Counted from the first letter of the stretch, positions 24,361 to 38,310 are shown. The stretch: DNA of 64,000 bases from Pristiophorus japonicus (GCF_044704955.1 NC_091999.1:10540001-10604000), one strand, 5' to 3'. The notes: generated by a model not told the origin, from the sequence alone. Numbers and translations are program-made.

Positions 24361-24640
24361 AGGACAAGTATGTGCAGTGGAGGCAGTGACGGGATATAGT
24401 TAACGTTGTTCTAGTATCAGTGCCAGAGATCCCTTTCAACGACCTGCTCACTGACCATTAGAACCAACTGATATAAAGGTGATATTGCATGGAAGTTGAC
24501 AGAGTCTACAACAGAGAAATTCGTAATTTGGTGAAACTAGTCTTCATACTTTGGTTTATGCTCCATTCTCAGTTCACAACCAGGTTATAAATCTGATGCA
24601 GTATATGGAGATGAGAGTATGTTGCTGGTTAGTGTACTTG

Positions 24641-25076
24641 TGTGCAGCACACAGTGATACACTGCAGATTCACCGCCTAAAGGCCCGGAGACATTTAAAG
24701 AAACCGATTTCTTGTCATGGTCCAAATCAGCAGATATCCGGTCTGGGAGATCTGGAGACTGATCCATTTGCCCCTTGCCTGATCTGTCCAGGAGATATCT
24801 CGGAACTTTCCTGGATAATGGATGTACCGGAAGAGGCAGGGAAAGGTATCGGATGTGGAGTAACTGCAGATCAGTATTATGGTCTGTCCTTCCTGAACCG
24901 TTAATTCTGACGGATCCTGGGTCACTGAATCCAAATCATTCGTTCCTGTTACAAAATGCAGAATGCATCAAAAGTCTGCAAGTGTATTTAAACCACGAAA
25001 CATAAACTGACCTTTTAAACATAGACTCACCGGGAAGTACGACCATTATTATCATTTTGGAATATGGCGAATACAT
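24641..25076 (-). pseudogene. Family C V pseudogene, RSS largely deleted
   Basis: Leader 25076-25031; DSVTQDPSELTVQEGQTIILICSY; Trp>Arg; frameshift; ESAVYHCVL. Confidence 0.88.
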
Positions 25077-25594
25077 GGTGTCTGGTTTGGACTCCGACAG
25101 AAAATCACAGAATGTTCTAAATATTTGCGATATTAAAGATTAACACAAATGAGGGCAGGGTTCACTTATTGATAAACTGAAGGGCCTTTCCCAGGGTAAG
25201 GGTTGACTGGTCTCTCAGAAATGTCTTCAGCTTTGCACCAATGAGTATTAGATGTGCACAATTGCTGCAGTCTCTCTCTCCTCACCCGCGTTTTCTCTAT
25301 CTTTCTGTCTGTCTTTTCCATACATTTTTACTCTTCCGCACTGTCCTTATTGTGAAAAATGAAGAAATTCCTGCAGTCATTGCGTCCCATTAATATTCGC
25401 AGTCATAAGAATATGGGTTGCACACACATACCAACACTAACAGAAATACACACAAAGTTTGAAATCTTTGGAGATTATTGACGCATATTTACTTGAGCTT
25501 TGCTTGAGATGCAAGCTATTTAACAAGTGATCAGAGAGCGCATACTTGTATCCATTACATGCAAGCCTCACACAGAGCATTGAAAAATACGTAT

Positions 25595-25894
25595 GGCCAC
25601 AGACACAGCCACAGCAACACACAGACGCACTCAAACACGTACACACACGCAAACACATTCAAACACACACACACACAGAAACACTCACATGCACACAGAC
25701 TCATACACACAGACATACATACACACTCATTCACACACAGGCACACATACACAACACATTCACACACTCAGACTCAGAAACAAACATAAACACACTCAGT
25801 CACACACACATTGTTTCTCTCTCCCACACACACATATATTCAAGCACACACTCACAAAGACTGACAAACACACGCACACACACAGTCACATTCG

Positions 25895-25938
<44 letters not shown>

Positions 25939-25965
25939 CACAAACACACGCTCAAACAGACAGAC
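25595..25965. repeat. Imperfect (CA)n microsatellite
   Basis: CA-rich tract. Confidence 0.9.
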
Positions 25966-28781
25966 GTATATGTCAGAATAAAAATAGGCTGGCATACAAT
26001 GATTGATATCTTGATGAGGATACTGATGGATGTTCAGTTTTCAATATTTTGAGATGAATGAGGAACAGATTCGCTGCAAACTATTCCAGAATTGGTTTAA
26101 TTAAGTCTCAGCAATGCGCGAACACCTTTAACAAGCAGTTAGCCAATTCCTGATTATCATATGACAAGCTGCACGCGTTCATCCCTGAATAACAGGTTGT
26201 ATACTTGTCATATCTTGCTTCCCTTTCTGGACACAATCAGCAGAGTCACGTTCCCTTGGTGCAATCTACTCGCTACTATCTTTTACTGATAAGCACTGGT
26301 CCCTGAACGGATAAAAATATTAAATTCTCGTTGTTGGGACAGCAAATCGTCCACTGTTTTCAGATGCAACGGGGTCTCACTTATTTACCAACGATATAGC
26401 TAAAAACGGGATGAGGTCCTAAGAGACGAATTTAAGGAGCTGGAGCTAAATTTAAAAGTAGGACCTCAAAAGTAGTAATCTCGGAATTGCTATCAGTGCC
26501 ACGTGCTAGTCAGAGTAGGAATCGCAGGATAGCTCACTTGAATACGTGGCTTTAGCAGTGGTGCAGCAGGGAGGGATTCAAATTCCTGGGTCATTGGAAC
26601 CGGTTCTGGGGGAGGTGGGACCAGTACAAATCGGACAGTCTGCACCAAGGCAGGACTGGAACCAATGTCCGAGGGGGAGTGTTTGCTAATGCTGTTGGGG
26701 ACGAGTTAAACTAATATGGCAGGAGGATGGGACCCAATGTAGGGAGACAGAGGGAAGCAAAATGGAGACAGAAACAAATGATAGAAAGGATTTGAGTAAA
26801 AGGGAAAGGGAGAGAAACCCAAGGCAATAAACAAAAAGGGACACTTTACAGCAAAATTCTAAAGGCTCAAAGTGTACTAAAAACGCAAGCCTAAATGTTC
26901 TGTGCCTCAATTCGGAATAAGGTGGACGAATTAACTGTGCAGATAGGAGTTAATGGATACGATGCGGTTGGCATCACGGAGACATGTCTGCAGGGTGACC
27001 AAGGTGGGAACTCAACATCCAAGGGTATTCAACATTTAGGAAAGATCGACAGAAATGAAAAGGAGGCGGGGTGGCGTTGCTAGTGAAAGAGGAAATTAAT
27101 GCAATTGTAAGGAAAGAAATTAACTTGGATGATGTGGAATCGGTATGGGTGGAGCTACGGAATACCAAAGGGCAGAAAACGATAGTGGGAGTTGTGTACA
27201 GACGTCCAAACAGTAGTAGTGATTGGGCAGGGCATCAAACAGGAAATTAGGGTTGCATGCAATAAAGATGCAGCAGTTATCATGGGTGACTTCAATATGC
27301 ATATAGATTGGGCTAACCAAACTGGAAACAATACGGTGGAGGAGGATTTCATGGTGTGCATAAGGAATGGTTTTCGAGACCAATATGTCGAGGAACCAAC
27401 TAGGGGGGAGGCAATATTAGACTAGGTGTAGTGTAATGAGAGAGGATTAATTAGCAATCTCGTTGTGCGAGGCCCCTTGGGGAAGAGTGACCATAATATT
27501 GACCATGGAATTCTACATTAGGATGGAGAAGGAAACAGTTAATTCAGTGACCATGGTCCAGAACTTAAAGAAGGGTAACTTTGAAGGTATGAGGCGTGAA
27601 TTGGCTACGATAGATTGGTGAATAATACATAATGGATTGACAGTGGATGGGCAATGGCGGACATTTAGAGACCGCATTGATGAACTACAAAAATTGTCCA
27701 TCCCTGTCTGGCATAAAAATATAAAAGCGAAGGTGGCTCAACCGTGGCAATCAAGGGAAATCAGTGATAGTATTAAAGCCAAGGAAGTGACATAGAAATT
27801 GGCCAGAAATATCAGCGAACCCGGGGATTGGAGAAATGCAGATATCAGCAGAGGAGGACAAAAGGTTTGATTAGGGCAGGGAAAGCAGAGTACGAGAGGA
27901 AGCTTGCAGGGAACATTACAATGGACTGCAAAAGCTTCTATAGATATGTAAAGAGAAAAAGGTTAATAAAGACAAAGGTAGGTCTCCTGCAGTCAGAATC
28001 AGAGGAAGTCATAACTGGGAACAAAGAAATGGCAGACCAATTGAACATCTACTTTGGTTCGGTATGCACGAACGAGGACACAAACAACCTTCTGGATATA
28101 AAAGGGGTCAGAGGGTCTGGAAAGAAGGAGGAACTGAGGGAAATCCTTAATAGTCGGGAAATTGTGTTGGGGAAATTGATGGGATAGAAGGCCGATAAAT
28201 CCCCAGGGCTTGATGGTCTGCATCCCAGTGTACTTAAGGAGGTGGCCTCGGAAATAGCGGATGCATTGACAGTCATTTTCCAACATTCCATAGATTCCGG
28301 ATCAGTTCCTATGGAGTGGTGAATAGCCAATGTAACCCCACCTTTTAAAAAAGAAGGGGGAGAGAAAACAGGGAAGTATAGACCGGTCAGCCTGACATCG
28401 GTAGTGGGTAAAATGATGGAATCAAATAATAAGAATTTCAGAGCAGCACATTTGGAAAGAAGTGACATGATAGGTCCAAGTCAGCATGGATTTGTGTAAG
28501 GGAAATCATGCTTGACAAATCTTCTGGAATTTTTTGTGGATGTTTCCAGTAGAGTGGACAAGGGAGAACCAGTTTACGTGGTGTATTTGGACTTTCAGAA
28601 GGCTTTCGACAAGGTGCCACACAAGAGATTAATGTGCAAAGTTAAAGCACATGGGATTGAGGGTAGTGTGCTGACGTGGATTGAGAACTGATTGGCAGGC
28701 AGGAAGCAAAGAGTAGGTCTAAAAGCGTACTTTTTAGAATGGCAGGCAATTACTAGTGGGGTACTGCAAGGTTCTGTGCTG

Positions 28782-30205
28782 AACATAAGAACATAAAAAT
28801 TAGGAACAGGAATAGGTCATCTCGCCCCTCGAGCCAGCTCCGCCATTCAACAAGATCATGGCTGATCTGGCCGTGCACTCAGCTCCACTTACCCGCCCGC
28901 TACCCGTAACCCTTAATTGCCTTATTGATTAAATATATATCGATCTGTGACTTGAATACATTCAATGAGCTAGCCTCAACTGCTTCCTTGGGCAGAGAAT
29001 TCCACAGATTCACATCCCTCTGGGAGAAGGAATTCCTTCTCAACTCGGTTTTAAATTGACTCCCCCGTATTTTAAGGCTGTGCCCCTAGTTCTAGTCTCC
29101 CCTACCAGTGGAAACAACCTCTCTGCCTCTATCTTGTCTATCCCTTTAATTATTTTAAATGTTTCTCTAAGATCACCCCTCATTCTTCTGAACTCCAACG
29201 AGTAAAGACCCAGTCTACTCAATCTATCATCATAAGGTAACTCCCTCATCTCCGGAATCAGTCTAGTGAATCGTCTCTATACCCCCTCCAAATCAAGTAT
29301 ATCCTTCCTTAAGTCAGGTGACCAAAACTGCACGCAGTACTCCAGGTGCGGCCTCACCAATACCCTATACAGTTGCAGCAGGACCTCCCTGCTTTTGTAC
29401 TCCATCCCTATCGCAATAAAGGCAAACATCCATTTGCCTTCCTGATTACCTGCTGCACCTGCAAACTAACTTTTTTGGGATTCATGCACAAGGAGCACCG
29501 GAGGGACTGGAGTGCATCATCACGCCCGGCAACCAAATTTTAACTTGATGTTATGTTTTTAAGTTAAGTTGTTTTAATTGCCGGTGCTTTTAGTGTCCCC
29601 CTCCCCATTTATAGGGGGCACTTGGAAAAAAAATTGATTCTGTGCTCAAAATTAAAAAAAACAAAAAAATACCACAAGAAAAAATAATAGGGCCTGTACA
29701 AGTTTGGTATTTCACCCAGATCGGGGGGGGGCACGGTTTAATGTTTTTTTTGCTTACTCCCAAAAAGAGTTTCATGCACAAGGACCCCCAGGTCCCACTG
29801 CACCTCAGCATGTTGTAATTTCTCCCCATTCAAATAATATTCCCTTTTACTGTTTTTTTTCCCAAGGTGGATGACCTCACACTTTCAGACATTGTATTCC
29901 ATATGCCAAAACTTAGACCATTCGCTTAACCTATGCAAATCTCTTTGCAGCGTCTCTGTGCCCTCTACACAACCCGCTTTCCGACTAATTTTGTGCCATC
30001 TGCAAATTTTGTTACACTACACTCTGTCCCCTCTTCCAGGTCATCTATGTATATTGTAAACAGTTGTGGTCCCAGCACCGGTCCCTGTGGCACACCATTA
30101 ACAACCGATTTCCAACCCAAAAAGTACCCATTTATCCTGACTCACTGCTTTCTGTTCGCCAGCCAATTCTCTATCCATACTAATACATTTCCTCTGACTC
30201 CGCGT
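28782..30205 (-). mobile_element. Nested CR1 3' part, inverted
   Basis: Reverse RT C-terminus (RLGLYSLEFRRMRGDL) and tail inserted inside the GSVL/GPQL motif of the host CR1. Confidence 0.88.
29495..29770 (+). mobile_element. 5'-truncated non-LTR element, Tx1/L1-like 3' end
   Basis: 14-bp TSD TTCATGCACAAGGA (29481-29494, 29771-29784); begins with ORF end APEGLECIITPGNQILT*, then an A/T/G-run UTR. Confidence 0.65.
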
Positions 30206-31604
30206 AAGGGGCCCCAGCTGTTTATATTGTACATTGATGATTTAGACGAGGGGATTAAATGTAGCATCTCCAAATTTGCGATGACACTAAGTTGGGTGGC
30301 AGTGTGAGCTGCGAGGAGGATGCTATGAGGCTGCAGAGTGACGTGGATAGTTTAAGTAAGTGGGCAAATGCATGGCAGATGAAGTATAATGTGGATAAAT
30401 GTGAGGTTATCCACGTTGGTTGCAAAAAGAGAAAGACAGACTATTATCTGAATGGTGACAGATTAGGAAAAGGGGTGGTGCAACGAGACCTGGGTGTCAT
30501 GGCACATCAGTCATTGAAGGTTGGCATGCAGGTAAAGCAGGCGGTTGAGAAGGCAAATGGCATTTTGGCCTTCATAGCGAGGGTATTCGAGTACAGGGGC
30601 AGGGATGTGCTACTATAGTTGTACAGGGCCTTGGTGAGGCCACACCTGGGGTATTGTGTACAATTTGGTCTCCTAACTTGAGGAAGGAAATTCTTGTTAT
30701 TTTGGGAGTGCAGCGAAGGTTCACCAGACTGATTCCCGGGATGGCGAGACTGACATATCAAGAAAGACTGGATCAACTGGGCTTGTATTCACTGGAGTTC
30801 AGAAGGATGAGAGGAGATCTCATAGAAACGTTTAATATTCTGATGGGTTTCGACAGGTTTAAAGCAGGAAGAATGTTCCCAATATTGGGCAAGTCCAGAA
30901 CCAGGGGTCACAGTCTAAGTGTGAGGGGTAAGCCATTTAGTACCGAGATGACGAGAAACGTCTTCACCCAGAGAGTGGTGAAACTGTGGAATTCTCTACC
31001 ACAGTAATATGTTGAGGCCAATTTACTAAATATATTCAAAAAGGAGTTAGATGTCGCCCTGACTACAAGGGGGATCAAGGGGTATGGCGAGAAAGGAGGA
31101 ATCAGGTACTGAGGTTGCATGTTCAACCATGAATTCATTAAATGGCGGTGCAGCCTCGAAGGGCCGAATGGACTACTCCTGCACCTATTTTCTATGTTTC
31201 TATGTTTCTATGTTTAAACTGGTGCAATGTATATGGTGGGGCCAGGAAAGGGAATCATTTAATGTTGTATATGTATCAGTAGAGGTTACCATTACATGAG
31301 ATGTTCACTGACCATTAGATCTACTCACTGCTGATATAAGGTTTAATATAGACAGCCAGCGGGTCCTGTGGCATTTGAACACAACGACACGGTAAATTAT
31401 ACAAACGTTACCTGTTGCATGAATGAAATTGGGAATGACTGACATGTTTCAGCAGAATGAGAGGATGCGAGCAGCGGATAGATCAATGATGCTGCGGTGA
31501 GGTGATCATGAAAATATTGACAGCATGTCATTAATTATATTTGAAATATTTTAATATTAAGTATTAAATAAAGGAACTGAATGGTGTTGCCCGTCTGCAA
31601 CTCG

Positions 31605-32050
31605 CCCTCACACTGACACCAAGAGTGAATACTTCTGCCACTGCCCACTGGTGGCAAATACCTAAATCTGCCAGGTACAAATCCTGCCTTCTTGCAGTTC
31701 ACAAGATCATTGAGAAAGAGTGAAACTTGTCGGCTTGTCTTTTCTCATCCACCAGAGAAATCCTATCTCTCACCGCTCATTATAGCTTCATTCGTTTCCT
31801 GAAACGATTCTAGCATATTTACCTCCGGTTCTCAATATTCCACACATTAATCAATCCGTGTGTGTGCGAACAATTTCCTGATACCAGTACTGAAGTGACT
31901 TATTATACATTGAATCCGTGTCTCCAGGTTCAACTTCCACATTTCAGTGTAAATTAATATTGTGAGTTAGTTTTTAATGCTGACAATCCTCTCGGGGTCA
32001 TTTCAGTCGTGCACTGGGATACAGTGCTGTTTATGTCAGATCCGGTGCCC
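31605..32050 (-). pseudogene. Decayed Ig V-set exon without RSS
   Basis: TVSQ..., L.C.VEVEPG, YWYQE, DRISL, SLFLNDL, PPVGSG..SLLVS read across frameshifts; paralog at 49020-49434. Confidence 0.4.
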
Positions 32051-32311
32051 ATCTCCTTCATTATTCATCCTCAGAGGAAGGGATCAGGCGACTATTTATT
32101 TCTTCTCCCTCACATTTTACCAGCCTCACTCAAACCTTCTATTTGCTTCTCACACTTTTACCCACCATCCCTGCCCTGAGTTATTGAAGTGATTGCAACC
32201 GCAGTCCCCTGGTTGATATTTGTTTGATGAACAGTGCAGTGAGGCAGTCATCTGTATTTCTGCTCCGACAGAGGATTTCCTGGACAGGAGAGATCCAGAA
32301 TTAGGGGCTTC

Positions 32312-32357
32312 ATGCGAAACTGTCTTGCACGTCACCTCATCATTATATCACTTCTCA
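32312..32357 (+). pseudogene. Orphan family-A leader exon
   Basis: ATG...CTT CTC A|GTAAGT, 46 nt, no V exon follows. Confidence 0.78.
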
Positions 32358-32754
32358 GTAAGTAAGACCTACCCAGAAAAAAATCGACCCTTCACCTGAC
32401 TGCTGCAACCCAGGGGTTATTATTGGTAAATTGATGGTCGCGCTGATTCTGCATCAAACACGTTTCCTCTTATCTCTAATAGCACCATTCTTTGGTTAAG
32501 AACTGCAAACACGTGATACTCTGTCTTTTCTCCGTTTGAACATGTATTTTCAGACCTGAATCATGGAGATTCTGTCACTCCGACGCAGTCTTCAAGAGTG
32601 AAGTCAGAAGCAGAAGGGAAGACTTATTGTTGGTTTTGCTTTCTTGCCCTTTTAAGAATCTCCCCGCGACTCTGATGGCGGAGGGTAAATTATTGCTTAC
32701 GATTATCGTATCAGACCGCCATCTGGTGTGGAGCAACTGGAACTCTGTAGTTTG

Positions 32755-33300
32755 CGTTTTTGTACGGGATCCACGATAACTTTAGAGAAGTGTGGGCTCC
32801 ACGGCACAGAAATACACGGTGATGTCGGAGATCAGGTTTTGCTGATCGTGAACTCGGTAATCTTTGTAATTTTAATAAACGTTGGGAAGAATCGATCAGT
32901 GATGTCAGTGTTCCTGTATATATCCCCTCCCAGAAGATGAAGACGTACTGTGGAGCCTTCCCGTGGTGCTGAATGTAGCAGTACACATACACATAAGGTT
33001 TAGTATCGCTTCTTTTCAGGGTGCAGGCTAGTGTGAAATTAGTTCGCTCCTCAACCATCATTTCAGGGACAGGCTGTTCCACTTTGTTTTGGTTGCACCA
33101 TTATAAAAGAAAAGAATACAATGAATCATCATAATCATCATTACCAACATCTCAATGAACATAATCATAATCATCAATGTCATGTTACCAATAGTAACAC
33201 CTGAGTTACAGTAGTCAGAGGAGGAATCATTTTTAATGGGCAGGAAGTACTTACTTAGAAGTAATATAACAATGAGCAGCGATGCAAGATGGTTCCGCAT
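32755..33300 (-). pseudogene. Family A V pseudogene with RSS
   Basis: Leader 33300-33255; acceptor mutated; Trp>Cys; frameshifts; RSS CACACTT-24-ACAAAAACG (32794-32755); CTCF-like motif at 32716-32729. Confidence 0.9.
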
Positions 33301-34019
33301 GACGCTCCCTCCGTCTGAAACTCTGCAGTCCTGGAAATCCTCTGTGGGAACAGAATTAATGATCCCCGCGCCAATGCACTGCTGATCCCACCAAAGCCAA
33401 CAGGGAGCAGTGGCAGCAATCTCTCCAATAACACAGGGCTGGCAAAGCGGATCAGAGCAAGAGCGACAAATGTAAACTGTGGGCGGGATTGTCGTGGGCA
33501 GTGTTACTGCAAAATTTGTCAATGTAATTCCCAGTTGATAACAGCGAGACACATGTGACCACAGCGCCCTCTGACAGTGACTCTGAGGACTTCAAACAGA
33601 GTAAAGTGTTGGTTGATCGATGGGGTGGTTTCCAGCGGTCAGTTATGCGAATTCAACTGTCTAAATAGGTAGAAGGGAAATGTGAGTGAATGTAAAGCAA
33701 AGGATATTTTACTTTATTTCTGAATATGTGGATGGCTTTCTGTTACCTATTAGCGCTGTCGTTCTCTCGTTACTTATCATCTTCTTTCATTTCTCTTTCC
33801 CCGCTTTTCTCATTTGCACTTTCATTATTGCACAGCTATATCTCTTTGTCTTTCTCATTCTTCCTTTCATACTTTCACTTTCTTTCGCTCTACCTATGTT
33901 TCCAGTTCTTTTCATTTCTCACTTTATTTAAATCTTTCTGTCCTCTATTTCCCAATTGTTCTCTTATTCTGTGAGCTCTTCCTGTGCTGTACATTCCATG
34001 TAATTCTTAAATTTTGTCG

Positions 34020-34336
34020 AAAGTGCACTGAGCTTGGCCCAGATTTGTCTAACTGACTGAGACTTGGATGCGGAAGGAAATGCTTTCAGAATCCAACGTG
34101 GGTTCAGCACGACGGACAACATCTGTTGGTACAGCCGACTGGTGAGCGCGGCCCCGAGATACATCCGTTGTGGATTCAAAGCAGAACGCGATCAAGGCTG
34201 GTTTGAGATCCACACCGAGCGGGATCACATTCTGAGCACACTGGGCTTTGGCCAGGCAGAGTTGGCGGATTTCTGAACCTATTGCTGTGCTGCGGGCCAT
34301 AGTGTGGGGAAAAACACCCGCTCTTGTGCAACTTCT
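34020..34336 (+). pseudogene. Family B V pseudogene
   Basis: DNICWYSRLVSAAPRYIRC...STLGFGQAELADF*TYCCAAG; CATAGTG-23-GCAACTTCT. Confidence 0.72.
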
Positions 34337-34922
34337 CCTCTCTGAGCAAATTCTGAATTGATTTGGTAACAGTCAAATCGATTCCAAAACGGCCAGTTGA
34401 GTCCAAGGGCAGTGGTCTATCCGCAATTATATTTCGTAATATAAATTAAGATGAAATTCCTTTTGATTTCACATTTCAGCTCATTAAAGTTATACATTTC
34501 CTTACAGATTTGTTCTCTTTCCCATCGCTTATTATAGCACCTGGTTTTAATCTACTTTACTGTTAAAGATTACGGTAACTATTGAATAATGTAATAATTC
34601 TGCAATTCCTTTCGTCAATCAGCTAGACTCGAATATGTGATGACTGTTAAACTAACGCAGCTCTTATCGAGAGGATGAGTTGAAAATTTGAGAAGGGGAC
34701 TTTATTATAGATCGATGCTAAGTGTGACAACGCTATCCGTGACAGCCACACCCACAGCTTCCTTTTGCTGCTGTCGCTTTGCCCCGCCTTGCGTGCCCTG
34801 TGTAGTTGGAGAGATCGCTGTCGCTGTTCCCTGCTTCACATTGGTTGGACCAGCAGTGCAGTGGAGCGGGGATCTATATTGCTGCTTCAACAGACAGCAG
34901 AGTTGCAAACTCAGGGAGCATC

Positions 34923-35420
34923 ATGTGGAAACGTTTCGCACTGCTCGCCATAATTATATCACTTCTCAGTAAGTATTTCCATCACAAAATAATAATTCCT
35001 CCCCCAATATTATTATTGGTAAATTGATAATGAAGATGATAATGTGATGATGATTATTACTATTATTTTGTATTAGAATGGAGCCAACAAGACACAGTAG
35101 AACAGTCGGTTCTCGAAATGAACGTTGAAGAGGAAAGTAATATCACACTAAACTGCACGTTGAAAACCAGCTATTCTTGCCCGTATGTTTTCTGATACAG
35201 TCAGCACCCCGGGCAGCCCCCACAGTACGTGTTTTATCTCTATGGATCGAGAGTAAACCGAAACCCCAATTTCACTGAGCGATTATCTTCGGCATATCAT
35301 AAATCTTCCAGGATTACTGAGCTAACGATCAGCAAGGCCGTGATCTCAGACAGCGCCGTGTATTTCTGTGCCATGAGTCCCACACTGGTGCAGAGATACA
35401 GCGCATCCCGTACAAAAACC
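34923..35420 (+). pseudogene. Family A V pseudogene (single Trp>TGA stop), intact RSS
   Basis: Leader 34923-34968, exon 2 from 35077, stop at 35193-35195, DSAVYFCAMS, RSS CACACTG-24-ACAAAAACC; CTCF-like motif at 35445-35458. Confidence 0.92.
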
Positions 35421-36709
35421 GACACTGAGATTTCCAGTCAGTGCTCACCAGAGGGCGCTCTCAACCTGTTAAACAGAAGCGATAATTCAGCCTGAGATTC
35501 ACAGAGACCTTCTTAAACTGACAAATAAAACACAATTATTAACAAGAGCCAGTGACGTCCACCGGCGTAATTATATTAGATGTGCATCTCACTCCTTGTC
35601 TCCAGTCTTTATGCAGAATCATTTGAATGTTTTTCTTCCTTTCTGTAGTTTAACAATGTAAAACCTGTGCGTCAGCTCGTCTCTCTGATTCTCGCTGCAG
35701 TTCTTTCCCTGTCACTCTATTTCACTATCTACCTTTTTCACTATCTCTATGGCTCTCGTCTCCAGCTGACTCTCTCTGCATGCATCTCATTAGATCCCTG
35801 TCTGTGTCTGTCTGTCACCCTCTCTGTCTGTCTCTCTGCCTCTCATCGTGTCCCTTTTTCGTTATCTCTCTCTCACGCTCTCTCTCCGTTCTTCACTCTG
35901 TCTCTCTCTCTCTGTCGCAATCTCTCATTGTTTCACTCTCTCATTATCTCTCACTCTCTTCCCCTCTGTTTATTTCAATCTGTTTCTCTATTTATTTCTC
36001 TCTACCTGTCTCTCCCTATATTTCTAAATATATATATATATATATATATGTATATATCTTTTTCGAAATGGTGCGATGGGATAATTTACTTTCACTGGAA
36101 AGGGCAGACATTGCGTCAGTTTAACGCCTCATCCAAAAGACAGCATCTGTGATAATTATACATTGCATCACATTTACCTGTCTGAGTTGCGATTGCACAA
36201 AACCAACTCTCTGTTTATATTATTCTTGACACTGTTATATCTGTGAGTTGAGGCAGAGAAAATGAAAAGTTTGCAGGTTCTGCTACTCACCCCGTAATCT
36301 GTTGGTGGGAGCTAATAATCGAGAGTGCAGTATTCAATTTCTACTATGGCCGCTTCGAAATTCAAATTCAGATGATTTACAAATCAGTAAGAAGCATTTA
36401 TCTGTCAAAATGACCTTGAAACTCGGATTGTGCTAAAACCTCAAGTACATCACTAACGTCCTTAATTGGGAAGGAAAACTGCTGACTTTCCCTGCTCTGT
36501 CCCTTATCGGACTCTGATACCATACATAACGTGGGTTTCTCTTGAATGTTCCGTGAAATGTCCCAGTATCAAACGAGTGCAAAGAGCAGAAATACAACAG
36601 TTCAAGAGAACGGCCACCATCAGCTTATCAAGAGGAATCTGGGGAATGGACAATACATTTTGGGCTCCTCAGCGACGCTGGCCGCCCGAGAATTAATAAG
36701 AAAGCGGAA

Positions 36710-38310
36710 CCTAAGAACATAAGAAAATAACAAATGGGAGCACGATTAGGCCATTTGGCTTCTCGAGCCTGCTCCACCATTCAAAATGATCATGGCTGAT
36801 CTGATCTTGGCCTCAACACCACTTCCCCGCCCGATTTTCATAACCCTTGACTCCCGTATCGTTCAAAAACCTGTATATATCCATCTTAAATACATTCAAT
36901 GATCCAGACTTTACAAGTCTCTGAGGTGGAGAATACCAAAAAAAATGAATCCTCTTTTTGGAATTAAATGTGCGAATGCTTATTCTGAAACTTTTCCCAC
37001 GAGTTCTCGATTCCCCCACTAGGTGAAATATCCTCTCTGCATGTACCGTGTTAAGACCACTCAGAATCTTACAGCTTTCAACAAGACCACGTCTCGGTCT
37101 TCTAAACTCCTATTAGTATATGCCCAACCTGCTCAACCTTTCTTCATAAGGCAAACCGTTTCATCTCAGCAATCAACCTCGTGAAATATCTCTGAAGTGC
37201 CTCTAATGCATTTATATCCTTCCTTAAATACAGGTATCAAACTGTACACTGTACTCCACGTGTGGTGTCACCAGTACCCTGTTGTAGCAAGTTGTAGCAA
37301 GACGTCTCTGCTTTTATATTCTATCTCCTTTGTAATAAAGGCCAACATTCCATTTGCCTTCCTAATTACTTGCTGTACCTGCATGCTAACTTTTTGTATT
37401 TCATATACAAGGACCCACAGATCTCTCTGTACCACTGCATTTTATAATCTCTCCACAATTAAAATAATTATTAGCTTTTTATTATTTTTACCAAAGTCGA
37501 TAACCTCACAGTTGTGCACAATATACTCCATCTGTCAACTTGTTGCCTACTTAATTACTCTATCTATATCCCTTTGTAGATACTTTCCATCCTCCACACA
37601 ACTTGCTTTCCAACTTATTTTTGTATCATCAGCAAATTTGGTTATACTACATTCGATCCCTTCATCCAAGTCATTAATATAAATTGTAAATAGTTGAGGC
37701 CCCAGCATTGATCCCTTTAGCACCCCACTAGTTCCGGTTTGCCAACATGAAAATGAACCATTTTCCCGACTCTCTGAATTCTGTTAGTTTGCCAATCCAC
37801 TATCCACGCTAAAATAAACCCCAAACCCGTGTACTCTTATTTTGTGCAGTAATCTTTTATGTGGCACCTTATTGAATGTTTTCTGGAAATCCAAATACAT
37901 GACATCTGCTGGATCCCCTATATCCACCCTGCTCGTTACTTCCTCACAGAACTCGAGCAAATTTGTCAAACATGATTTCCCTTTCATTATACCATGCTGA
38001 CACTGCTTGACTGCATTATGATTTTCTAAATGACCTGCTACTACTTCCTTAATAATGGATTGCAGCATTTCCCCAAAGACAGATATTAGGCTAACTGGGC
38101 TATAGTTTGCTGCTTTCTGTCTCACTCCTTTCTTAAATAGCAGCATCACATTGGCGGTTTTCCAGTCCGCTGTGACCTCGCCAGAATCCAGGGAATGTTG
38201 GTAGATTACAAGCATTGGATCCAGTATCTCTACAGCCACCTTCTTTAAGACCATAGGATGGATGCCATCTGGCCCAGGGGAATTGCCTACATTTAGTCCC
38301 ATTAGTTTGA
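36710..38310 (-). mobile_element. CR1 LINE 3' part
   Basis: ORF 37784-38302 with SPGPDGIHP...YLDFQK; paralog of 10716-13530. Confidence 0.9.

Larger units (their letters stand above)
26388..31213 (+). mobile_element. CR1 LINE (ORF1 3' end to tail), split by a nested element
   Basis: ORF1 esterase, APE and RT motifs; RT resumes at about 30206; (TTTCTATG)n tail; site is empty in paralogs at about 5825 and 48620. Confidence 0.92.
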
